From assembly GCA_963778655.1 (NCBI GenBank), contig CAVZVA010000009.1, positions 800,001 through 864,000 of the forward strand: a DNA stretch of 64,000 nt, given 5' to 3'. The stretch comes from an uncultured delta proteobacterium (lineage in GTDB: Bacteria; Myxococcota_A; Polyangia; Polyangiales; JAFGIB01). Numbering within the stretch: the first letter of the stretch is position 1; the number at the start of each line of letters is the position of its first letter. Under the pieces are notes generated by a model. That model was given only the letters and a program-made list of their open reading frames with translations. It was not told where the DNA came from and searched no databases. The position numbers and the translations under genes were made by a program. Below are positions 1-12,236 of this stretch, in pieces.

Positions 1-127
1 GCGCGCGTGCCCGCACAACTCAGGACGGCAGCCCGGCTGCCGATCGTGACCGCATGAGAATCGCCGTGCCACCCGGCTGCTGGCACGCGCGCGGCGCGGG
101 ATGCGCATTCGCGTGCGAGGCTCGGCC

Positions 128-541
128 ATGAGCAGCGCCGCGCATCCGCTGCGCCGCGTGGTGCTGGCTTGGCTGCCGGCGGTCGCCTACATGACGCTGA
201 TCTGGGTGCTCTCCTCGGGTCCGGTGAATCTGCCGATCGACCGCTTCCCCTTCAAGGACAAGGGCGTGCACGTCGTCGAGTACGGGACGCTGGCGGTGCT
301 GGGCGCGTACGCGATCCGCCACACCTGGCCCGGGCTGGGGCTGCTGCGCGCGCTGCTATGGGCGGCGCTGCTCACCTTCTGCTGGGGCTTTTCCGACGAG
401 CTGCACCAGGCCTTCGTACCCGGCCGCGACTCCAGCGTGTTCGACCTGCTGGCCGACGCGGTGGGCGCATTCGTGGGCATCAGCTGCTTTGCGCTGGTGG
501 CCCGACTGTGGCGCCGCCCAGCCCGCGCCTCGCAGCAGTAG
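128..541 (+). CDS. VanZ family membrane protein
   Basis: DKGVHVVEYGTL and GFSDELHQAFVPGRDSSVFDLLAD motifs, hydrophobic helices. Confidence 0.85.
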   Translation: MSSAAHPLRRVVLAWLPAVAYMTLIWVLSSGPVNLPIDRFPFKDKGVHVVEYGTLAVLGAYAIRHTWPGLGLLRALLWAALLTFCWGFSDELHQAFVPGRDSSVFDLLADAVGAFVGISCFALVARLWRRPARASQQ

Positions 542-674
542 CGCCCGCTGTCCCGCCCGGCAAACCCTGGCGTACCGGCACCCGTGCGGGTACCGATACC
601 CGTCCTCGTCCCCGCCCCAATACAAAATTCTTCCCGTCTTCCCGCCTTCCTGTGATTCTACGAATCACCACTGC

Positions 675-3084
<2,410 letters not shown>

Positions 3085-3101
3085 CCCGCCCCGGCGGCGC
3101 C

Positions 3102-4904
3102 TCAGTCCACCTTCAGGATCGCGTGGAAGGCTTCCTGCGGGATCTCGACGCTGCCCACGTTCTTCATCCGCCGCTTGCCCTCTTTCTGCTTCTCCAGCAG
3201 CTTGCGCTTGCGCGAGACGTCGCCGCCGTAGCACTTGGCCGTCACGTCCTTGCGCATCGCTTTGACCGTCTCGCGCGCGATCACGCGCGAGCCGATCGCC
3301 GCCTGGATCACCACCTCGTACTGCTGCCGCGGCACGATCTGCTTGAGCTTTTCGGCCAGCTGGCGCCCCAGCTGGTACGCGCGATCGCGGTGCACGATGG
3401 TGCTGAGCGCGTCGACCGGCTCCCCATTGATGAGCAGGTCCAGCCGCACCAGCTTGTTGGCCCGGTAGCCGATCAGCTCGTAGTCCATCGACGCGTAGCC
3501 CCGGGTCGCGCTCTTGAGCCGATCGTGGAAATCGAACAGCACCTCGGCCAGGGGTAGCTCGTAGGTGATGATCACGCGCTCCTTGGAGGCGTATTGGATG
3601 CCCTTCTGCACTCCGCGGCGGTCCTCGCACAGCTTGAGCACCGCGCCGATGTAACTGCCGGGCACGTGGATCGAGACCTTGAAGTACGGCTCCTCGATGC
3701 TGGCGATCTTGCCCGGGTCGGGCAGCTTCGAGGGGTTCTCGATGTCGAGCACGCTGCCGTCAATCGCGTGCACGCGGTAGACCACGCTGGGCGCGGTGGT
3801 CACCAGGTCCAGGTTGTACTCGCGCTCCAGCCGCTCCTGCACGATCTCCATGTGCAGCAGGCCCAGAAACCCGCAGCGGAAGCCCAAGCCGAGCGCGTCC
3901 GAGTGGTCGGGGTCGAACTGGAATGCGGCGTCGTTGAGGTGCAAGCGGTCGAGCGCGTCACGCAGGTCCGCATACTGATCGCTGTCGGTAGGGAACACCC
4001 CGGCGAACACCATCGGCTTGATGTCCTCGAACCCCGGCAGCGCCTCGCTCGCCTGGCGCTTGGTCTCGGTCACCGTGTCGCCGACCTTGGTGTCGTGCAC
4101 GGACTTGATCGCCGCAGCGAAGAAGCCGACCTCGCCGCTGCCGAGCTCGGGCACCGGCTGCTCGAACGGCGAGAACACCCCGACTTCGGTGACCTCGTGG
4201 TCGGCGCCTGTCGCCATCAGCCGTACCTTCGCGCCTTTCTTGAGGCAGCCGTCCATCACCCGCACCAGGACCACCGCGCCGCGGTAGCTGTCGTACCAGC
4301 TGTCGATGATCAGCGCGCGCAGCGGCGCCTGCGGCTCGCCCTTGGGCGGGGGCACGCGCGCCACCACCGCCTCCAGGATCTCGTGGATCCCCTGGCCGGT
4401 CTTGGCGCTGGCCTCGATCGCGTGCGCGCAGTCGAGCCCGATCACCTCCTCGACCTCGCGTCGCGCGCGCTCGACGTCCGCGCTGGGCAGGTCGATCTTG
4501 TTGAACACCGGGATGATTTCCAGGTCGTTCTCGATCGCCAGGTAGACGTTGGCGACCGTCTGCGCTTCCACCCCCTGCGAGGCGTCCACCACCAGCAGCG
4601 CCCCCTCGCAGGCCGCAAGCGATCTCGACACCTCGTAGGTGAAGTCGACGTGCCCGGGGGTATCGATCAGGTTGAGTTGATACTCCTGCCCGTCGTCGGC
4701 GCGGTAGCGCAGGCGCACCGACTGCGCCTTGATGGTGATGCCGCGTTCCTGCTCCAGGTCCATCTTATCCAGGAACTGGTCGGTCTTCTGCCGGGCGCTG
4801 AGCGCGCCGGTGTGCTCGAGGATGCGATCGGCCAGCGTGCTCTTGCCGTGGTCGATGTGCGCAATGATCGAGAAGTTACGGATACGGCTGGGTTCTGCGG
4901 TCAT
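3102..4904 (-). CDS. lepA: Translation elongation factor 4 (LepA)
   Basis: [49 protein letters not shown]. Confidence 0.98.
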   Translation of the reverse strand: MTAEPSRIRNFSIIAHIDHGKSTLADRILEHTGALSARQKTDQFLDKMDLEQERGITIKAQSVRLRYRADDGQEYQLNLIDTPGHVDFTYEVSRSLAACEGALLVVDASQGVEAQTVANVYLAIENDLEIIPVFNKIDLPSADVERARREVEEVIGLDCAHAIEASAKTGQGIHEILEAVVARVPPPKGEPQAPLRALIIDSWYDSYRGAVVLVRVMDGCLKKGAKVRLMATGADHEVTEVGVFSPFEQPVPELGSGEVGFFAAAIKSVHDTKVGDTVTETKRQASEALPGFEDIKPMVFAGVFPTDSDQYADLRDALDRLHLNDAAFQFDPDHSDALGLGFRCGFLGLLHMEIVQERLEREYNLDLVTTAPSVVYRVHAIDGSVLDIENPSKLPDPGKIASIEEPYFKVSIHVPGSYIGAVLKLCEDRRGVQKGIQYASKERVIITYELPLAEVLFDFHDRLKSATRGYASMDYELIGYRANKLVRLDLLINGEPVDALSTIVHRDRAYQLGRQLAEKLKQIVPRQQYEVVIQAAIGSRVIARETVKAMRKDVTAKCYGGDVSRKRKLLEKQKEGKRRMKNVGSVEIPQEAFHAILKVD

Positions 4905-5079
4905 GGGCAAGCGTTCGAAACGAGCCTCGCGTGGGTGGGGCGGCGGCTCTCCCGGCGGGCCGGGCAGGGCGCTTCCCCCGCTGGCGGAACCACGGTGGCG
5001 GGCAAGGCGCTCTCTCTACCACAGGCCTCTCGCGCTGCCAGGCGCAGGCGAGCCGCCTGACCCGGGCGCGCCGGCGGCA

Positions 5080-5277
5080 CTACTTCTTGGAGTCGTTGGC
5101 CGCGGCGGCAAGCGGAAGCTGTCCGGGCAGCTCTGCCTGGTGACGCTCCAGCACCAGGTCGATGCCTTCGCGGATATAGACCGCGACCGGCACCTTGGTG
5201 CGCTCGTGGAGCAGCTTGAGGCGCTCGTTCTGCTCCGCGGTGATGTAGATCGTGGTCGAGATCTTCTTGCGAGCCAT
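5080..5277 (-). CDS. Small ribbon-helix-helix DNA-binding protein (resembles myxobacterial CdbA/CdbB type)
   Basis: 65 aa, KKISTTIYIT beta-ribbon then two helices (EQNERLKLL, VAVYIREGIDLVL). Confidence 0.8.
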   Translation of the reverse strand: MARKKISTTIYITAEQNERLKLLHERTKVPVAVYIREGIDLVLERHQAELPGQLPLAAAANDSKK

Positions 5278-5333
5278 CGTCCTTCGCTTCTCGAAGCCGG
5301 GAAGGGCCCGGCGGCGCCTTGAGGGTGACTGTG

Positions 5334-5362
5334 AACGTACATGGCACCATACATATTGTCAA
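5334..5362 (-). promoter_or_regulatory. Sigma70-type promoter for RHH gene/lepA
   Basis: Minus strand TTGACA - 17 nt - TACGTT in an AT-rich patch of the divergent intergenic region. Confidence 0.7.
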
Positions 5363-5453
5363 TCTTGCAGGCTTGTGGGTGCCCCGGGGGCCCGGTATGC
5401 TGTCGCCGCCCGCTGCGTCCGCGGGTTTCCGGCATCCGCGGAGCCGGGGAGGC

Positions 5454-6458
5454 ATGCGCGCGATGCTCAGGTGGCTCGCAATTTCCAGTGTTATTCTGGC
5501 TAGTTATGGGCTCCAGGGGTGCGGTGGGTCGCAGGCGGCGGAGGCCACCACGGGGGGCCTGGTCGCGCGCAAGCTCGAGCCGCTGAAGCGCCAGCGCTGC
5601 GAGGGTGAGCCGGAGAAGCTGGAGGACGCCAACGGCGACGGCCTGGCCGACCTGCGCCACGTGTTCGACGGCACGACGCCCAAGTGCGACGAGATCGACC
5701 TGAACTTCGACGGCCACATCGACCTGAGCCGCTTCTACGACAAGGGCCGCGTTTCGCTCGAGCAGTACGATCTCGATTTCGATGGCCGGCTCGACGAGCA
5801 GTCGTTCTACCAGGGAGGCCAGCTCGTGCGCCGCGAGCTCGATACCGACTTCGATCGCATGATCGACACCTGGGTGTACTGCGACGGCGCGTTCATCGGC
5901 CGGCTCGAGCGCGCGCGCCACCACCACGGTCGTGTCGACACCTGGGAACAGTACAGGCACGGCCTGCTCGTGGCCGCCGAGTACGACGACAACAACGACG
6001 GCCGCCCCGACCGCTGGGAGACCTATCAGGCAGGCAAGCTGGCGAAGATCGACTACGACACCAACCTCGACGGCAAGCCTGACCGCAGCGACAGCGATTT
6101 CGGCGGCGAGGGCACCGTGCCCGATCCGGCCGGCTGCAACGGGCCGCTAGCGCCCGGCGTGGCTGCGGCGGCGAAGGACACGGCGATAAAGGAGGCGGCG
6201 GTTGCGGCTGCGCCGGTGGCTGCGCCTGCGGCTGAGGTGGCGCCGGTGGCGCCCGCTGCGGGGGCTTCTGCGACTACGACCACGACCACGACTACGACCA
6301 CGACTACGGCGGCGGCGGCGGTGCCCGCGAGCACGGCTGCGGCTGCGCCTATGGCGCCGGCGGCGGACATGGCTGCGGCTGCGCCCGCGGCGGCTGCGCC
6401 TGCGGCTCCCGCGGCGAGCACGAGCGCGGCGGCCGCAGCGCAGGGAGGCACGCCGTGA
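5454..6458 (+). CDS. Lipoprotein with DxDxDG (EF-hand-like) repeats and Ala/Thr-rich tail
   Basis: Lipobox LQGC, repeated DANGDG/DLNFDG/DLDFDG/DTDFDR/DDNNDG/DTNLDG, poly-Thr run at about 6270-6308. Confidence 0.75.
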   Translation: MRAMLRWLAISSVILASYGLQGCGGSQAAEATTGGLVARKLEPLKRQRCEGEPEKLEDANGDGLADLRHVFDGTTPKCDEIDLNFDGHIDLSRFYDKGRVSLEQYDLDFDGRLDEQSFYQGGQLVRRELDTDFDRMIDTWVYCDGAFIGRLERARHHHGRVDTWEQYRHGLLVAAEYDDNNDGRPDRWETYQAGKLAKIDYDTNLDGKPDRSDSDFGGEGTVPDPAGCNGPLAPGVAAAAKDTAIKEAAVAAAPVAAPAAEVAPVAPAAGASATTTTTTTTTTTTAAAAVPASTAAAAPMAPAADMAAAAPAAAAPAAPAASTSAAAAAQGGTP

Positions 6459-7282
6459 TCGCGGCTTTTGGAGCTCGGGTCGCGTGTGGGTTGGGTGTGC
6501 TGCTCGCCGTCGGCCTGGCCGCCTGCGGTGGGACCCAGGCCAAGGCCAAGGCCGGAACCACGGCGCGCGCGGTCTCGCTCGCGGACGACAGCAAGGGCTC
6601 GGGCGGTGAGCGCTGCGATGCCACCAAGCCCGGGCGCGAGCAGAGCGAGTACGACACCACCGGCGACGGCGTGCCCGACGTGCGCAAGGTCTTCCTGAGC
6701 ATCGGCAGCGGCGGCGAGACGCGGCTGGTCACCATTTGCCGCGAGACCGACGTCAACGGCGATGGCAAGAAGGACGTCATCCGCTACTACGACGACGAGG
6801 GCCGCTCGTTGCGTGAAGAGGCCGACCGCAACTTCGACGGGCATATGGACCAGCTCGTGATCTACGAGAACGGCCAGATCGTGCGCGAGGAGCTGGACAC
6901 CAACTATGACGGGAAGATCGACACCAAGATCTTCTACGAGGACGGCAAGCCGCTGCGCGCCGAGCGCGATCTCAGTGGCCACAGCACCGCCACCCAGTGG
7001 AAGCCCGACCGCTGGGAGTACTACGAAGAAGGCAAGATGGTGCGCATGGGGACCGATCTGAACGGCGACGGCCGCGTCGACCGCTGGGATCGCGACCTCG
7101 ACTTCAAGAGCAAAGAAGACAAGCAGACCGCAGCCGACACCGCGGCCGCGGCCGAGGGTACGGCGACCGAGGCCGCACCCTCGGACGAAGGCGCGGCGAC
7201 CGGCCCGCAGTCGGCCAACGCCACAACCAAACCGGCGGCCGCGGAGAGCGCGGCCAAGACCACGGCCAAGACCGGGCAGTAG
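6455..7282 (+). CDS. Paralogous lipoprotein with DxDxDG repeats
   Basis: Lipobox LAAC, DTTGDG/DVNGDG/DRNFDG/DTNYDG/DLNGDG; GTGA overlap with upstream gene. Confidence 0.8.
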   Translation: MIAAFGARVACGLGVLLAVGLAACGGTQAKAKAGTTARAVSLADDSKGSGGERCDATKPGREQSEYDTTGDGVPDVRKVFLSIGSGGETRLVTICRETDVNGDGKKDVIRYYDDEGRSLREEADRNFDGHMDQLVIYENGQIVREELDTNYDGKIDTKIFYEDGKPLRAERDLSGHSTATQWKPDRWEYYEEGKMVRMGTDLNGDGRVDRWDRDLDFKSKEDKQTAADTAAAAEGTATEAAPSDEGAATGPQSANATTKPAAAESAAKTTAKTGQ

Positions 7283-7323
7283 CGCCCCCACACGGGGTGC
7301 GTGCCGGTTCTGTAGCCATCGCC

Positions 7324-8337
7324 ATGGCGAGCGAACGCGTTCAGAAGATCCTCGCGGGCGCGGGTGTGGCCTCGCGCCGCGCCGCAGAGCGGCTGATCGC
7401 GCAGGGCAGGGTGCGGGTCAACGGCCGCATCGTCACCGAGCTCGGTACCAAGGCCGACCCCGGGCGCGACCGCGTGGAGCTCGACGGCAAGCGCGTGGTG
7501 GTGCAGCACCCCGTGTATTACCTGCTGCACAAGCCGCGCGAGGTGGTGACCACGCTCTCCGATCCCGAGCAGCGCGAGAGCGTGGCTGACCTGATGAAGC
7601 GCGTGCCCGAGCGCGTGTTCCCGGTGGGCCGCCTCGACTACCACACCAGCGGCGCGCTGCTGATGACCAACGACGGCGAGATGGCGCAGGCGCTGCTCCA
7701 TCCCCGCAAGCAGGTGCCGAAGGTGTACGTCGCCAAGCTCAAGGGTGCGCTGCCGCTGCCGCACTTGCAGGCCCTGCGCCAGGGCGTCGAGCTCGACGGC
7801 GGCGAGAAGACGCGCGAGGCCGAGGTGCTGGTGCTGCGCGAGGAGCGCGGCAACACCTGGCTCCAGCTCACCATCACCGAAGGCAAGAACCGCCAGATCC
7901 ACCGCATGGCCGAGGCGCTCGGCCACCGCGTGATGCGCCTTTCGCGCCTCTCCTTCGCCGGCCTCAGCGCCGACGGCCTGCGCCCGGGCCAATACCGCCC
8001 GCTCGACGAGGCCGAGGTCGCCAAGCTCAAGCGCGACTACCTGAACCCCAGCAAGCGCGACAAACGCGAGCAAGCGCGCGCGCGCCGCAGGGGGCAAGTC
8101 GACACGGCCGAGCCAGCGCCTGTTTGCCGGCAAGGCGCAAGCGGCACGCCCAAGCGCACGCCCACCCCCGCGCGTGCAACGGCCGCGCCGTGGCCCGGCG
8201 CACAACCGCCCCGCGGCAAGCGCACCGGCCGCCAGCGCGCCGCAGCGCCACCGGCGAAGAAGCCTCCCCAACCGCGGGGCAAAACGCGCCAACCGGCGCG
8301 GCGCAAGCCCAAGCCCCCGTCCCGCGGCCGCCGGTGA
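7324..8337 (+). CDS. rluB: rRNA pseudouridine synthase (RluB/RsuA family)
   Basis: ERVQKILAGAGVASRR S4 domain, PVGRLDY catalytic motif, EGKNRQIHRM; basic tail. Confidence 0.9.
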   Translation: MASERVQKILAGAGVASRRAAERLIAQGRVRVNGRIVTELGTKADPGRDRVELDGKRVVVQHPVYYLLHKPREVVTTLSDPEQRESVADLMKRVPERVFPVGRLDYHTSGALLMTNDGEMAQALLHPRKQVPKVYVAKLKGALPLPHLQALRQGVELDGGEKTREAEVLVLREERGNTWLQLTITEGKNRQIHRMAEALGHRVMRLSRLSFAGLSADGLRPGQYRPLDEAEVAKLKRDYLNPSKRDKREQARARRRGQVDTAEPAPVCRQGASGTPKRTPTPARATAAPWPGAQPPRGKRTGRQRAAAPPAKKPPQPRGKTRQPARRKPKPPSRGRR

Positions 8338-8343
8338 AACAAG

Positions 8344-8371
8344 TTGACACCGGCCCGCCGCGCCGTAGACT
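8344..8371 (+). promoter_or_regulatory. tRNA promoter
   Basis: TTGACA - 16 nt - TAGACT, 14 nt upstream of the tRNA. Confidence 0.75.
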
Positions 8372-8385
8372 GCCCTCCCACTCAT

Positions 8386-8440
<55 letters not shown>

Positions 8441-8461
<21 letters not shown>

Positions 8462-9526
8462 GACGGTCACTAATGACCCGAAAGCCCTCGCCGAACTCTC
8501 GGCGGGGGCTTTTCGCTTCCGTCGAGCCGGAGGCACGGCCAACGGCAGGATTTCGGACCTGCCCAGGTACGAGGCGTCGGCCTGGGGCTCCATGACGATG
8601 CGGCCGTCCTTGAGGAAGTGGCTGCGCAGGAACTCTCGGAAGCCAGTCGGGTCTTGAGCAACACGGGCTTCCAGGTCCATCGCCAGGGCGCGTACCTCGT
8701 CGGGGCTAGGAAGCCTGGGCGCCTCCGGCGTCCTCGTCACGATGGTGGCCAGCCGAGCTTCGAGTGCACCCTTCCTCGCGGACGCTTCCGCCACTGCTTC
8801 ACGGATCGTGTCCTTGCTCGCAGCGTCGTCGGTGGTGGCGATGAACTTCATCAACCGTTTGATCTCCACGCTGCACTCGGCAAGCTCTCGCTCCAAACGT
8901 TCACGCTCCGAGTCGGAATGCTTCACGAGCTGTCGGGCTTGGCGTTCGACGTCGGCACGCAGGTCGGCCCAGAGCTGTTCGTTGCTCAGCACCACTCGTA
9001 GTTGTGTGAACGCGGCGTCACGCAGGAAGTCCTCGCGAACAAGTGCCGAGTTCTCGCAGGTGCCAGCCGAGTGGTAACGGTTGCACGAGTAGTAGTGCCG
9101 TGGAGCACCGCCAACATGCACCATGCGTGAGCCGCAGACGGAGCAATGAAGCAGCCCAGAGAACGGGTGTTGTGTACGCTTCCCGGTGGCCTTCCGCTCT
9201 CCAACGTCCTTGCGACGAGCGTTTGCGGCATCGAACAGTTCGGTGGGTACGATTGCGAGGTCGGGGCGGTAGTCCCGCTGAACATCTTCATCAGGACGCT
9301 GCACGTAGCGTCGCTTTCCCGTCAGAGGATCGCGACGCCATTCCCGTTCGCCGAAGGTGAACTCGCCGACGTAGGTGCGGTTCTGGATCATCGCTGCGAC
9401 AGTTCCCTTCCTCCACATCTTTGGTGCACGTCGCTTCGACTTCGCCCTGGGAGGTTCGACACCTTCGCGATTCAGGGTCGTGGCAATCGCAAGGTACGAC
9501 TGGCCGGACACGTACAACTCGAAGAT
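8441..9526 (-). pseudogene. Large serine recombinase, recombinase + zinc-ribbon part only (catalytic N-terminus lost)
   Basis: IFELY..G.SY..IA..LN.EG, W...TV..MIQN..Y.G, LAIVP.ELF, PFSGLLHCSVCGSRM, YYSC...C, coiled coil; 5' end abuts an IS3 terminus at 9527. Confidence 0.9.
8481..8513 (+). terminator. Intrinsic terminator after tRNA (possibly bidirectional)
   Basis: aaAGCCCTCGCCGA-actc-TCGGCGGGGGCTttt hairpin with A and T tails. Confidence 0.8.
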
Positions 9527-10245
9527 TGAGGTGGACCCTATCGTTCGGACCAGCGCGACCGGTGGCTAGGGAGGAGTCTGCTCTGGGTTGATCACGAACA
9601 TCTTCGTCGTCGTCTTGGTTCTATCAGCGGAATGCGTCGGTCGTCCAGAGTCTCGGGGAGGCATCAGCGAGCGATCGAGGGGGGTCCAGGGGGGAGACTG
9701 ACAAGTCGTGGATACCCGGTGCAGCGCTGTGGATTGCGGTGGACATGCTCACGCCGCGATCGGCTTCATGGAGCGGTAGAAGGCATCCGGCGTCTGGTAG
9801 CCGAGCGCCTGGTGATCGCGATCGTGGTTGTAGTAGTCGAAGTAGCGACCGATGCCGGCGCGTGCTTCGATCAGATCGCAGTACGCGTGCAGGTACACCT
9901 CTTCGTACTTGAGCGAGCGCCACAGCCGCTCGACGAAGACGTTGTCCAAGCAGCGGCCCCGGCCATCCATGCTGATGCGCACGTCGGCGGCGCGCAGCAC
10001 GCTGGTGAATGCCTCGGCGGTGAACTGCGCGCCTTGGTCGGTGTTGAAGATCTCGGGCTTGCCGAAGCGCGCCATCGCCTCGTGCAGGGCCTCAACGCAG
10101 AAGCTGCTGTCGAGCGTGTTGGACAGCCGCCACGACAGCACGCGGCGGCTGTGCCAGTCGATGATCGCCACCAGATAGCCGAACCCTCGATCGAGCGGGA
10201 TGTACGTGATGTCCGTAGCCCACACCTGGTTGACCCGAGAAATCT
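9527..10245 (-). mobile_element. IS3-family remnant (right end plus OrfB C-terminal part, 9749-10225)
   Basis: NQVWATDITYIP, FNTDQGAQF, SMDGRGRCLDNVFVERLWRSLKYE (DDE); probable terminus TGAGGTGGACCC at 9527; orfA and left end absent. Confidence 0.85.
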
Positions 10246-10351
10246 CGCCCCCCAGAGAATCGATCCCGGGTAATCGAAAGTCTGTCCAGCGTCGGGCGCT
10301 ACGTGGTGGCGGCCGTCGGCGGTGGCGGCCAGATCCGCCAGTGTGGGGCGC

Positions 10352-10714
10352 CTAACTGCCCGATTTCGCGTTGCCGGCGCCCGGCCCAGTTGTCGCACCC
10401 TCCTGCACGCGAGCGCCGTGCCGCTCGGCCAGCTTGCAGTACCGGCGCACCGTTCGGGGCGACAGCGACAGCCGCTGCGCCACCCGCTTCTTCGGCTCGC
10501 CTCCGAGCCACTGCCTGAGCACTTCCTTGACCTCGACCATCGTGACCTCCCGATAAGCCATCGCGCCTCCGGCACCGGCTGTACGCCGGCGCCGAGGGCC
10601 GCGCTGGGACTGGGTCACGCCAGGGGGCAATGGTTTTGAGAAACCACTCACCCCCAGGGGGTCATGCTTCTGAGAAACCGCTCATCGAGGGGGCAGTGGT
10701 TTTGAGAACCGACA
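10352..10714 (-). mobile_element. IS21-family left-end remnant with IstA N-terminal fragment (10561-10352)
   Basis: Terminus 5'-TGTCGGTTCTCAAAACC on minus strand, three internal repeats, RBS then MAYREVTMVEVKEVLRQWL..KRVAQRLSLSPRTVRRY HTH. Confidence 0.8.
10622..10714. repeat. Three imperfect ~29-bp direct repeats (IS21 subterminal transposase-binding sites)
   Basis: agggggcaatggttttgagaaaccactca / agggggtcatgcttctgagaaaccgctca / agggggcagtggttttgagaaccgaca. Confidence 0.85.
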
Positions 10715-10764
10715 CGGAGGTCGGCCATATCTCCGGGTGCAGTAGGTAGCGGAATTGGGGATAC

Positions 10765-11280
10765 CCCCTAGGACGTCGCGGGCCGAGCCAGGCCGCGACG
10801 GCAGGTGATCGCTGTACCTTGCCGCGGCCTTGGTGCCGAGGCCGGCGTGCTCCGAGATTAGCTCGGGGCTCGCGTTCGCAGCCGTGGCGAACGCGACGCG
10901 CCCGGTCAGCACGACATCGTCGAGCTGGTAGTCCTCGGAGACGCTGGGCACGCCCTCCAGAAACGTCTTCCAGGCCACCATCGCCGTCCCGCGGGACATG
11001 CGCTGCTGGGTGCCGGCGGGTTGGGTCGAGATCCAGAGCGGGCCCTGCAGACGGCTTGCGTTGGCGAGCCAGCCTCCGCCCCGCGCCTCCTTGAGGTAGT
11101 CGGCGATCGCGTCTCGCGCCCGGTCGCTCATCACGAAGCGCCGCTCCCGGTACTTGTTGCCCTCGCATGGGCGCATGACGGGCTCCTGGACGACGTGGAT
11201 GCGGCTCGCCCTGGGGTCCTTCACGAGCTCCTCGATGTTGAGCCAGAGGGCCGCCCCGGTGCGTAGCGCGCCTGACCAGG
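10765..11280 (-). pseudogene. Tyrosine-recombinase-like protein, paralog 2, C-terminal part
   Basis: WSGALR..LNIEELVKDPRASRIHV..RARDAIADYLK..GPLWIST..GTQQRMS..YQLDDV..EHAG..YSDHL, colinear with 12237-12929. Confidence 0.85.
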
Positions 11281-11291
11281 TGTGTGCGTCC

Positions 11292-11320
11292 TTGCCTCGT
11301 ACGGCAAAATGCCGTACAGT
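11292..11320 (+). promoter_or_regulatory. TA promoter with overlapping inverted-repeat operator
   Basis: TTGCCT -17- TACAGT; GTACGGCA-aaa-TGCCGTAC (11299-11317). Confidence 0.75.
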
Positions 11321-11325
11321 TTGGC

Positions 11326-11607
11326 GTGGCTCAGACCTCCTCGACGGCTCGCCTCGAAGCTCGTGTTCCAGCAAACGTCCACGCGCTGCTCAAGCGCGCT
11401 GCTGAGATCCAAGGTCGTACGCTGACCGATTTCGTCGTCGCAGCGGCGCACGATGCGGCGTGTCGGGCGATCGAGGAAGCGGAGGTCGTCCGCGTGTCGG
11501 TCGAAGATCAGCGCCGGCTCGCCAACGCGCTGTTGAAGCCGCCGCGACCCGCGGCGGCGCTGCGTCGCGCGTTCCGGCGCCGCCGTTCCTTGCTCGGCAC
11601 GAAGTGA
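11326..11607 (+). CDS. DUF1778 (TacA-type) RHH antitoxin
   Basis: TARLEARV....HALLKRAAEIQGRTLTDFVVAAA...A.RAIEE..V..S.EDQ. Confidence 0.9.
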   Translation: MAQTSSTARLEARVPANVHALLKRAAEIQGRTLTDFVVAAAHDAACRAIEEAEVVRVSVEDQRRLANALLKPPRPAAALRRAFRRRRSLLGTK

Positions 11608-12131
11608 GCCCGCCTTTTCGCGTCGAGCCGCTCGGCGATCACGAGCGGGCCGAGTTCTCCTGCGGAAGCGAACCGCTCGATCGGTACTTCAAGACGCAGG
11701 TCAGCCAGGACATCCGCCGTCACGTGGCCAACTGCTTCGTGGCCGTCGAGGCATCCACCGCAACGGTCGCCGGCTACTACACGCTCTCAGCAGCGAGCAT
11801 TGCGATTTCGGAACTTCCGCCCGCGACGGTGAAGCGATTGCCGCGCTATCCAACGATACCCGCCGTTCGGATTGGCAGGCTCGCCGTCGGTGAGCCGTTT
11901 CAGGGACGAGGGCTGGGCGCGGCGCTTCTCGCCGATGCCCTCGGGCGTGCCATCGCCTCAGATGTCGCCGCTTTTGCGCTGCTCGTCGATGCGAAGAACG
12001 AGCAGGCCGTGTCGTTCTACAAGCATCATGGCTTCGAGCAGTTCGAGAGCCAACCGCGCACCCTGTTCCTTCCTTTGGCCACCGCGAAAAGAGCTTCGGT
12101 GGCGACGCGACGCAAACCGCCGAGCCGTTGA
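11604..12131 (+). CDS. GNAT acetyltransferase toxin (TacT/AtaT type)
   Basis: FSCGSEPLDRYF, VAGYYTLSA, LPRYPTIPAVRIGRLAV, QGRGLG, VDAKNEQAVSFY; GTGA overlap with antitoxin. Confidence 0.92.
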   Translation: MSPPFRVEPLGDHERAEFSCGSEPLDRYFKTQVSQDIRRHVANCFVAVEASTATVAGYYTLSAASIAISELPPATVKRLPRYPTIPAVRIGRLAVGEPFQGRGLGAALLADALGRAIASDVAAFALLVDAKNEQAVSFYKHHGFEQFESQPRTLFLPLATAKRASVATRRKPPSR

Positions 12132-12134
12132 GGC

Positions 12135-12235
12135 GAATCGCGCAATCAGCGCATCGGCCGGGCAGTCACCGAGCTCGCGAAACAGCTCGCGACGATGACG
12201 CCATCCACGATTGTCCTGCGGTTGCAGTCGCCCAC
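12135..12235 (-). pseudogene. Probable N-terminus of tyrosine-recombinase-like paralog 2
   Basis: GTG 1 nt after the stop of 12237-12929; with one frameshift reads VGDCNRRTIVDG/RHRRELFRELGDCPADALIARF, aligning to RKPIIIEARDQNRLLAALERGTETDDFLDLRT. Confidence 0.55.
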
Positions 12236-12236
12236 T

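Noticed and set aside
10622..10714. Three ~29-bp repeats as a mini CRISPR array
   Set aside because: Spacers are only 3-5 nt, there are no cas genes, and the position at a TGT terminus before istA fits IS21 ends
11280..12140. TA module as an integron cassette
   Set aside because: No RYYYAAC...GTTRRRY attC structure and no IntI; GTTGAGG at the toxin stop is not sufficient
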